From: Ostrea edulis
Taxonomy: Eukaryota
Reading direction: 5' to 3'
Length of the DNA stretch: 64,000 bases
NCBI RefSeq assembly: GCF_947568905.1
Contig: NC_079164.1
Span: forward strand, 109,182,001-109,246,000
This document shows, one piece after another, positions 1-9,601 of the stretch. The notes beneath the pieces were generated by a model. The model saw nothing but the letters and a program-made list of their open reading frames with translations, had not been told where the DNA came from and searched no databases. How positions within the stretch are numbered: position 1 is the stretch's first letter; every line of letters starts with the position of its first letter. A program made the translations under genes and the position numbers.

Positions 1-699
1 ATGATCCGCTCATCTATTATCGCTACATACATGTACCTTAGTATGTGTATTGCAAAAAATGTGGCCTGTAGAATATCTACAAGCTCAGTGTTACACAAAC
101 TCACTCACACACAATCGATCCTGTAGCATACCAGATCAAATTTATACCTTAATTAATGCTAATACCTTGAAGTGAATTAAAACCATATTATGCAAAAAAA
201 AAAAAAAAAAAACTATAACAAAAAACAAGAACAAACCATGATTTCTTACTGAATACATTACCTTTGTGAGTGATGTATGACACCATAATGCATACATGGT
301 GTAGAACTAACATTATATTCTTATATCACTGTCTGCATTAATGATACAGTAGAATAAAGTTCCATATTAATGAATGCACTCGATAATGGCCAGATTGAAC
401 TCAGAATGACTGTCATCAAATGTCTTATCCTTTCTGGCAGACTGCACAGTGATCAGATAACATTCTCTACTCAATGAAAATATTCTTTATAAATTATTTC
501 AAGAAGGGCACATTTGTCATAGATAAAAAAAAAATCTCCCAGAGACACTTTTCTGATGCTATATTCAATTTTACTACTGATTTTAATTCCATGTGCTCTA
601 GCTGTGCTATCTTCTTTTTTTTATTTTATTTAAAGACAAAAGCTGAAAGAGTGGAATAACTTTCTGAAATAAAATTCACCACCTAGTAGGCATGTGATG

Positions 700-972
700 T
701 ATGTCTGTCTACAACTATATGATGCACATTCTATATTTGAAGTCACAAACTGTGACATTGTCATTTGCAATTCCAAAATGAGGCACAGTGAGCTATATTT
801 GGTTTGTGACACACCTTCCCCCCAGAATATATCAACTGACCAAGTTTAATGGTCATATCTAGGCCTCACAGTGTGAAAGATATGATCTGGACACGAAAAA
901 GCTAATAGAGGGATAGATGGACAAGGATGCCTGTACCATAATATGACCCATCAAAAGATGGGCATATAAAAA
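700..972 (-). mobile_element. Helentron/HINE-like element fragment (5' end on minus strand)
   Basis: Reverse complement begins TTTTTATATGCCCATCTTTTGATGGGTCATATTATGG, the same architecture (T-run, short hairpin, CATATTATG) as the element starts at 23269 and 42797. Confidence 0.45.
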
Positions 973-1949
973 TCCATAACATACTGGGTTCTGCCAAAAC
1001 AAACATCCAGAATACTGAAACAAACAGGCACATGACTAATTTATTGATTTTTTTCCTCAAAATTTATAGGTATTTGGTATACAGTTGTATCAATCCTCTC
1101 ACCTGGTGTGCCACAGATGTTCTACTTTCAGGAAAGAATTTTAACCCTGGTATGGTTCAAACTTGCACACTATATACATGCATCATTTAAGCACTCGAGG
1201 GGAGGGGGGTTGTTAGTTAATTGAATCTATATGAGCATGCTTTCATTTTCATTTGTTATTCTGTAGTGTTGCTGTTCCAGAAAAGATTTTAATTAAAACT
1301 GTTTCCCTACATAATTGAGCACTATGAAAGTTTCAGCCCAAACAAACTTGAATCTATACACTTAAGAAATAAATTTTACTGAAAATACATGAGAGTATAA
1401 AATGTGACGCTTCATGCTGGCATACTTCATGGGGTGTGTTAGTCAATAGTGTGAGGCTTCATCATATATAATACATATAACATTTCCAAATGTTTTCATC
1501 TTTGATATTTTTACAAATTGTATTGACAGCCATTTCCTCATGAATGTGTTGCAGTTCTAAACAATGCACCTATACATACAGATAAATATAGTTTATCTAT
1601 TTTAACTGCTGGGAATTTTGACAGATATGAAAGTAGAGAATAAAGTATATTTTTGAAAATACATGAAGGTATATGAAGTTCTGCAATGCCTCACACCAAC
1701 ATATACTTTTCATGAAGTGCTAACATATGTTAACATCGGCATTACGTCACATGTCAGAATCACAAAAAATGACCATACTAAGCTCTGACCACTCTATATA
1801 CCTACCTACCTATCCTCTTTACTCCAGTCAGAGCATAAGGTCAAGGCCACTCTATATACTGTTACTGAAAAATCAGAAGACACCAGGCGCTGACCTGTGT
1901 CAAGAAGCCGCCGAAGCCCTCAGTGATATACATTTCAAACTTCACTCAC

Positions 1950-1986
1950 GGTCGTTAAAATAACCAAACATATCATAACAATCAAC
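1950..1986 (-). CDS. Candidate small exon (hydrophobic, G-LIVMICLVILTT) of an unidentified minus-strand gene
   Basis: TTTTAAAG acceptor and GTGAGT donor; in phase with the candidate exon ending at 2635. Confidence 0.25.
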
Positions 1987-2057
1987 CTTTAAAATCACAT
2001 CAAAACTTTTTTCTATAGATAGTAGTTTTCTACAATAGTCCCAGGTATTGGGTATGT

Positions 2058-2228
2058 AATATTCAGTTGGTAGAGCATTAGTCTCAGCGAGATTCATCGA
2101 GGCTGGATATTTGGACTGATGCCTCTTTCGACATTGGAATAGGCGTCTGTCAAAATATCTAGCTTCGACGAATCTCGCTGAGTACCCTCTGCACAGTTTG
2201 CTGGAGGTCCCATGTTCGAGTCACAGGC
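2058..2228 (+). mobile_element. Degenerate tRNA-derived SINE head interrupted by a foldback MITE
   Basis: A-box-like TCAGTTGGTAGAGCA (2063-2077) and B-box-like GTTCGAGTC (2214-2222), separated by the 100-bp palindrome. Confidence 0.5.
2083..2182. mobile_element. 100-bp foldback (hairpin) MITE, TA-flanked
   Basis: Arms 2083-2112 and 2153-2182 are reverse complements with 3 mismatches, and pairing extends imperfectly to ~42 bp. Confidence 0.75.
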
Positions 2229-2634
2229 ACTTGTTTCTGTTTTAAAGTTACGACATCTATGTACTAAGAACACTTGTTATTCTTAGTATATCATTTACAG
2301 AAAGAAATGCCTGTGGCTGTGGTTCGAATCCTAAGTTTATCGGAGTAATAGACCGGTTTTAATTCCTAACAATATACCGTCAAACATAAATGGTAACATA
2401 TATGACCCACAATCGACAAAAATAGGCTATTGGCGGACTCCAAGGCCTCTAACCTTATCGAACGTTGTTCAAAAATCTGGGTTCACTTTCCCTGAGACAG
2501 TTAAAGCTAGCCTAATTAATGTTGTATACTTACCAACGTAATGTTCAGACTAAAACCTATCTCAAATAAATATATAATAGGACTTTTCACATAAATGTAG
2601 ATCTATATATTACCTAATTTCTGAGGGCACTTAC

Positions 2635-2708
2635 CCATGATATAGAGTTGGCTGCTGATGCAAGGGGAACAACTTCTGCTTCGCAGAAGAGTTCCGAAAG
2701 TAATTCAT
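2635..2708 (-). CDS. Candidate first coding exon (MNYFRNSSAKQKLFPLHQQPTLYHG) of an unidentified minus-strand gene
   Basis: Consensus donor GG|GTAAGT at 2634; part of the 2631-2966 ORF; locally CpG-richer sequence upstream. No homology recognised. Confidence 0.25.
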
Positions 2709-4138
2709 TCGGAAATATTGGCAAGATAACAAAACAAACAAAATACACTCGTAACACTGGTGTAGATCTTCAGTTTCACATATTTTTGGAGAAAAAAAAG
2801 TAGATGTCACCCATTTTAATGAAACAATAATAGGTAAGACGTATTGATCTGATAAATTAGAATACTGGAAATATTGTTGCACGTGTCTTTCTGTTTTCTT
2901 CATCGGAAATTTCGACGGTTCGAATTTCCTTAGACTCAGTGCAGAAAAACTTGAAGAGTATAACAATTTGAATATTTGGTCGTCTCTGCTTGTAATTGAC
3001 TCTTTAAGCCAACGACCGTCTTTGACTTAGAATAGGTCCGCATGCCCTATGGACCGGCAATTTATGTGTAACTAGGTCTTTGAGTTACATCTCATTTTCT
3101 GCAAATAATCTGATGTAGACTCGACTAATGGTGAATTTACACTGCCAGTCTCAAAATTTATCGAAACAATAGCTACCTACCGAAATAGCTGTCGAATGAT
3201 TTTCAAATGATACTGCAGGGACATTGTATTTAAGTAGCATTAATATGTATACAGTGTGACCGTTGGACCGAGCGAAGCAAGAAATGGTCATTGGCGTGTC
3301 CCAAGTGATAATCATAATTCCGTTAAGTACGGTAGATTATGATTCATTTAAAATTAAAATATTTTTAATGAAATTTTCTGTGCGCTAAACACTCAGTAAC
3401 ATCTCAATATCAAAGGGGAATATGTGAGCTAGATAACAGTTCTATGGGATCCGCCTATTCATTTAACGCGGGAAATAAAATGCAAGGCGATGTAAACCGT
3501 GTATTGTGATATCATATTTAACCTTGACTTTTTTCTCTTTCAAAGCAAATAATTATAAACAACAACAATACATCCCGTTTGCAATTAAAAAGACCGTTAA
3601 AACTAAAGAAAATTATAACCAATAAATTCAAAATGGTAATTAAAAGGTAACCGTAAGTATATCGTACATTCTTATTTTAAAAAAAAAACTCATGAACTCG
3701 TTCACCTATTTAATCGTATTACTGTTTTTCTATTTGATGATTTGCTAAAAACTGTAAAATATTATAATCATACCATTCATTTATAACAAACTGGGCATTT
3801 GAATTACAAATTACACATCAGTCTTTATTTTTGGCATTCAAAATTAAAACACAAATAACTCTAGAAGCAACTAATGAACAATATGGCGGCGCCCATATGG
3901 ATCCCAAAATTTTTAGTGAACGTATGTAGAGATTATCTCTATTCATTTGCTGATTTTCTAATTTTTTCTTCTACATACGTATGTGTTACATTTAGAGCCT
4001 TGCTTCGCGGACGAGCCTTTGGCCCGTCCGAGCTCTGCTCGGTATTAATTAACATTGAGGTGGGTAAAAAAGTTGTGCCCATTCAACATAATTGATATCA
4101 ATATCGCCCTTACAAATCTCGTCTGAGATTCCGCACAG

Positions 4139-4630
4139 TAGGAGTGTGTATTGCTTTTCTGATACGATACAATATTTTCTGATGCGATATCCGATATATT
4201 GGATATACAATGTAGTTAAGCATTTTCTGAAGTAAAATATCAAAATTTAAAAAAATGAAGTCACTGTGGTTTAATATCTTTCTTTTTTTTCATAACAAAA
4301 CAAACAATGACAATTAAAGTCTGAGGAAACTCCAATGTCACAATGTAAAAGTGAGGATTAAAGTCTGAGGAATCTCCAATGTCACAATGTAAAAGCAGGG
4401 ATTAAAGTCTTGAGGAATCTCTGATGTCACAATGTAAAAGCAGGTATTAAAGTCTGAGGAATAGTGTTCCTGTTAGAAGCCATTTTTAAATGATGAACTT
4501 CGATCCCAACTATTAAAAGGGCTATTTTTAAACCCAACATTATATCGTATCGTCAAAAAACCGTATCGTATATCGCTGGACAGGCGTATACCGGTACATT
4601 TCGATATATCGATATATTGATTCACCCCTA
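4139..4630. mobile_element. hAT-type MITE with 8-bp TSD
   Basis: Perfect TSD CCGCACAG at 4131-4138 and 4631-4638; short TIR TAGG(A/G)GTG; CGATA/TATCG-rich subterminal motifs at both ends. Confidence 0.8.
4313..4462 (+). repeat. 44-bp tandem repeat, ~3.4 copies (inside hAT MITE)
   Basis: Unit GATTAAAGTCTGAGGAATCTCCAATGTCACAATGTAAAAGCAGG. Confidence 0.9.
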
Positions 4631-4730
4631 CCGCACAGCTGGATATTTGGACTGACACATTCACTGTAATCATGGATTCATATCTGGAAATTCACATTCG
4701 ACTTTGGCTGTTCTAGCAATGTGCACTTAG

Positions 4731-4830
4731 CAGGGCTCGAAATTGATGGTCCGATGGTCAGGGGCCCGTAAATTATGGATTTGGGCTAGTGCTTTGTAAA
4801 GAGCACATGCCCATGGGTTTAGTTAATTCT
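4731..4830 (+). mobile_element. Probable hAT-type element left end
   Basis: CAGGGCTCGAAATT terminus followed by GGGCCC/GGGCTAG subterminal motifs; matching right end not found. Confidence 0.35.
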
Positions 4831-5030
4831 AATACTTATCAAAATTCCTCAACAATCTGGCTTGTAAATATCTCATGTGTATGCATCCAGGTTTTTATCA
4901 CATGCAAAATAATTCCACTTTTGTAAAGTTGTGCTATGAAGGAACACAATATGAATTATATAAATTCACGAATGTTTCTAAGAACGAGTTGTCTTCAATG
5001 TGTAGCGGTCAGCCGGGTTCGATCGCCGGT

Positions 5031-5102
5031 GACCAGATAGCTCAGTTGGTAGAACACCTGACTAGAGATTTAGGAGGCACAGGTTCCAATCCCGGTCTGG
5101 TC
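5031..5102 (+). pseudogene. tRNA-like cloverleaf inside LTR1 (not a canonical tRNA gene)
   Basis: 7-bp acceptor stem GACCAGA/TCTGGTC, A box TAGCTCAGTTGGTAGAAC, stem CCTGA/TTAGG around an 8-nt loop, degenerate B box GGTTCCAATCCC; 72 nt. Confidence 0.75.
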
Positions 5103-5266
5103 CGTTGCATTTTCTCCCTTCCTGTTACATTTGGTGCCGTAGACCAGCCCTTGAAACTGACAGGTGAAATTGCCTGCAAGGGGATTAAATCCTGGGTTGA
5201 TATCTTCAGGTGTGAATACATTTAAGGAGGGAGGAATGTAGCGGTCAGCCGGGTTCGATCGCCAGT

Positions 5267-5338
5267 GGCCAGATTGCTCAGTTGGTAGAACACCTGGCTA
5301 GAGATTCACAGGGCCCGGGTTCGAATCCCGATCTGGTC
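5267..5338 (+). pseudogene. tRNA-like cloverleaf inside LTR2
   Basis: GGCCAGA/TCTGGTC acceptor stem, A box TTGCTCAGTTGGTAGAAC, perfect B box GGTTCGAATCCC; anticodon stem disrupted. Confidence 0.75.
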
Positions 5339-7947
5339 CGTTGCATTTTCTTCCTTCCTGTTACAAATGGACTATATAAATTATATATATACAATCATAA
5401 CAGTCTTACACTGCATTCCCACTTCCTAATGACATGTAGATCACAATTTGAATAAACATAAGGCATAATCATGAAAATGTTTCATTATTATTTTTGCTTT
5501 GAATAAGTGATTTGACTGTCAAACTAACTCTATCACTATTAAAGGACACATTGCATGTTTCCAAAGTATACAACATTATATATTCATTTTGTCTTTTCTA
5601 TGCATATATAGTACATATATGTAATTCACTTTTTTAGTTAATTTGCCGAAATATTGTGATAATTAGTCACAAAACAGATTAAAATCTGTAGGCCCACTGT
5701 TACCGGCGCCATGTTTCTGTTTACATCTGATCAGTTAAATATACTAATAAAAAGTTTCGTTTAAAGCAAATTTTTCAATTTACAAGTTAATGTGTTTTTG
5801 AGGATCTATAGAATTAGACAGAGAATTTTGTAATTTTAACAACTTGCAGATAGAATGCAACTTCCTCGTATGATCCACTCCAAATATCCTCCCCTGGGGC
5901 CTACCTTGTGGGGATAACAATCTCTATTTTTGGCCATCACACATTTTTATGTAAAGGCTGTGGAAATGTGATATATTTACAGGACTCCGTATGTAGTGTA
6001 GAATCACGTTTATTCACACCATGCCCTGCGTAGCAAGGGTGGAGTCATAGTTAGAATGGAATGTTTTACTAAATAGTAATAGACCTATTGTTTTTTCATA
6101 AATTTTTATCATAATTCTTTAAGCACATGTGCTAGTGCTTATTGGGGCAAACAGATAAGCATCAGCTTGATTGATAATGAATATTTTTCAATTGTTCAAT
6201 ACTTTACAATTGTGTACATGTTCTGTTGTAATTCAATACAAGGCTTAGAGATGTATTGGCAAAAATCGGAAAATTGCATGCCTTGTTGGACATTAGATTC
6301 TATTTGAAATCTGTCTCTTGTCATATTCCCTCTGATTTCCTGCATGGTGATGGTACAGCAGTATCTGCATCTACTTGTGAGTTGTTATGTGGCATAATTA
6401 CAGATTTGTTGTGATTAACAGTGATTGTATTTGATGTATTAGATAAAACATGTATTTATTTGTTATAATCAAGACCATTACACCTTATAATCAATGATCC
6501 TGCACTTTCTTGAAAGATAGAATTACCTGGCAGCACTTTAAATCAGACTGCAGGTCTTTTTATTGATTCTCAAAACCAGAAATTGCATTTAAACCAGTGG
6601 TGATGAACACAATGTTAGCATCATTTAAATGATATTGACATTAACAGAACTTTAAATGCATTAAGAATGGATGGTACTTTGATTTTTTTGCCTACATTTA
6701 TATACTTGTACACTAATCGTTCTTTGGTATTCTCCTTCAGAGCAACCATGTGATACATTCAACTGACAAGTTCTGGAAATTCTTGCTTTCAACTTTTGAC
6801 CGAGTCTGTTATGGAACTGGATGGCAACTGGAGACTGACCCGACATTGTGCCAGGACTTCATACAAGTGCCTTGAGTTGCATTGAGTGCCTTGATATTCA
6901 TATGCATGATTTCGTGATCTTTATTAGTGCCTTAAAATTTTGAAAGTGCCTTTTGAATTGGGCAGTAAGTTTAACATTTAGTATGTGTCTTTGTGTGAGA
7001 TTAGTAACAGTTGATTTAAAATGAACAGGTTTGTTCAGTATGACAAGCTATGAATCCTGGGTATTACCTTTCAAGACCTGTTTCTGATCAGAAATTGCTT
7101 TTTCATTGCTATTTTTCAATTAATGCAGGAAAGATTTATCTGCCTCTTCTAATAGCAGAAATCCTCCCAGAGATAATTTGTTACATGAGAACTGAATCCG
7201 GGGTACCATACCTAGCTTATACAGAAAGGAAGGCGGAATGGGAGCAGGTAGGTACTTAGATATTAATCTCCATGTTGTTACCAACAGGTGTTTACACTCA
7301 CAGAAAATGTATAGGCTCCAATTGCAAGAACTAATTCTCAAGATCCAATTTAATACCTTAACATTAAAAATGCTATTTTGAATATCAATTTTTGATACAT
7401 GCACTATGACTTGCTGCTGAATCATGTACTCAATGATTAGATGTCTACGATGAGATTTTATTTCTATGTGTTCATATCATATTATTTTCACTGTGTAATT
7501 GATTCATCCCACCTGTAAGTATCCCCGCAGTTAATTTTAGAGTCAAGTTTAAGTATAGTATTTACCATCTGACAAAACTGTGAATCTGGTAGGCATCAAA
7601 TTAGAAGTGGTGGGGATAATTGTTGGTAACCAGTGCTAGAATAATTGGTAAAATGAACAATACAGAACGGTACATAAGTGTTGTTTTTCAATGAATTTGT
7701 TGTGCAAAATTTCTTGGTAAACAAGTTTCCTCAAAAGCCCAAGCTGTGAAAACAGATTTCTTAAATCCTGTTGAGGAAGAAAACCAAGGAAACTGACTTT
7801 TTGACAAGTGCTATACAAACTTGGGACATTTTTAAAATACTGTATAAAGGGTATTTTCTGCAGTTGTCCATTTTTTGTGTAGCTGTTTGTGGATAGGAAA
7901 ATTTTTGCAAAATTTAATTGTGATCGCAAAATATTTATATAGGTTTA

Positions 7948-9601
7948 TACTGTAAAAGGAGAAAATATGGCACGCTATTAAATTTTACGCCTTAGGCATT
8001 AGTGACCTTTTGCACCAAAATTAAAAGTTTGTCCTTGACTTTCCATTTTAAAAGTATTTTTCAAAAAGTTTCAGGTTATTGTGTAGTTGACTCTTACATT
8101 GGCAGAATCTGCTGACATAATGTCAGAAAGGTGGGGTATTTTGTATACACACTGGCGCAGGTAAACTGTGATTATTTAGCATTTGAATATTGCTGAATTA
8201 ACGTAGATCACCTAATTTATGGAGGTTTGATTGTTTGTGCCCTCAGCGTACTCATCAGTTAAACCTACAAAGCTTTTCCCTCAATGTGTCCTTCACTTTA
8301 GTACCTCAAGGTCAAAATGAGAAGCATAGGGTGTAGATGTACCTGTATTACCTCTGTCATTTTCTATTTACTCCAATCAAAACATTGTTTAAAAACTTTT
8401 GAGTGCACATTCATTTATTAAACCATATTTTTTCATGTCATCATATTATACAGAAAGATAAAAGAATATTATCACTTACTTAGTCTAAAATTAAATAAAG
8501 TCTGCAATAATCAAGTTAAATGCTATCAGAACTATAGCTATGTAAAAACTACATAAAACCTACATCAATGCATTTAGAATTCTCGTGTTTTCAAACGACT
8601 TTGATAGTTTTAACAAATCCAGTCTGCCTTTGATTTCACTCTGACAAGCCACATGGCATGGACTGGTTTCAGGACGTCTGCCTTTGATTTCACTCTGACA
8701 AGCCACATGGCATGGACTGGCTTCAGGACGTCTGCCTTTGATTTCACTCTGACAAGCCACATGGCATGGACTGGCTTCAGGACGTCTGCCTTTGATTTCA
8801 CTCTGACAAGCCACATGGCATGGACTGGCTTCAGGACATCTGCCTTTGATTTCACTCTGACGAGCCACATGGCATGGACTGGCTTCAGGACGTCTGCCTT
8901 TGATTTCACTCTGACAAGCCACATGGCATGGACTGGCTTCAGCACATCTGCCTTTGATTTCACTCTGACAAGCCACATGGCATGGACTGGCTTCAGGACG
9001 TCTGCCTTTGATTTCACTCCGACAAGCCACATGGCATGGACTGGCTTCAGGACGTCTGCCTCTGATTTCACTCTGACGAGCCACATGGCATGAACTGGCT
9101 TCAGGACGTCTGCCTCTGATTACACTCTGACAAACCACATGGCATGGACTGGCTTCAGGACGTCTGCCTCTGATTTCACTCTGACAAGCCACATGGCATG
9201 GACTGGCTTCAGGACGTCTGCCTTTGATTTCACTCTGACAAGCCACATGGCATGGACTGGCTTCAGGACGGAGAGTTTGGGAGATATAGAAGACACGACT
9301 GTTGTCGGCTTTACGAGAATGAAATCAGCGTACCAAACTTGGGATTCCTTTTTCACTCTAGCATTATTTGTTCACAAGTGTACCTGAATACTAGTTACCT
9401 CAGTTAGAAATCGACTGGAAGCTATTGAGCATGTGTTTGATGGAGAAAAAAAATATAGGCGTGTGTCGAATCACATATTCTGCGTCAAATGTATTTGCAA
9501 CAAATTGTTGGTGCACTAAAATTAATTTGTGCCAATGTCATGGCACTTGTGTTAAAATTGTGCTAAAATATGTATGTGCCAAATTTTCTCCTTTTACAGT
9601 A
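7948..9601. mobile_element. 1.65-kb TA-flanked TIR element (Tc1/mariner-type, non-autonomous) enclosing a minisatellite
   Basis: TACTGTAAAAGGAGAAAATATGGCAC (7948-7973) and GTGCCAAATTTTCTCCTTTTACAGTA (9576-9601) are inverted repeats with 1 mismatch in 26. Confidence 0.7.
8621..9269 (+). repeat. 54-bp minisatellite, ~12 copies
   Basis: Unit GTCTGCCTTTGATTTCACTCTGACAAGCCACATGGCATGGACTGGCTTCAGGAC, highly homogeneous. Confidence 0.97.

Larger units (their letters stand above)
5001..5365 (+). mobile_element. Complete TRIM (miniature non-autonomous LTR retrotransposon) with tRNA-containing LTRs
   Basis: Two 129-bp direct repeats (5001-5129, 5237-5365) start TGTA and end TTACA, with 13 mismatches by hand alignment. 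PBS-like TGGTGCCGT(A)GAC lies at 5132, 2 nt after LTR1. A polypurine tract AAGGAGGGAGGAA at 5224-5236 abuts LTR2. A perfect 4-bp TSD AATG is at 4997-5000 and 5366-5369. The 107-bp interior is non-coding. Confidence 0.9.

Noticed and set aside
3874-4095. ORF beginning near ATGGCGGCG as a gene start or YY1 promoter
   Set aside because: Lies among transposon-terminal hairpins (3998-4045) with no splice donor or homology; more likely part of a repeat end.
5031-5338. Two functional tRNA genes
   Set aside because: 8-nt or disrupted anticodon loop, D-stem mismatch, no T-run terminator directly downstream, and both are embedded in LTRs.
6245-7247. Three + strand exon candidates (about 6245-6378, 6741-6865, 7129-7247)
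   Set aside because: Their open frames do not join in phase (joining creates TAG or TGA) and no homology was recognised.
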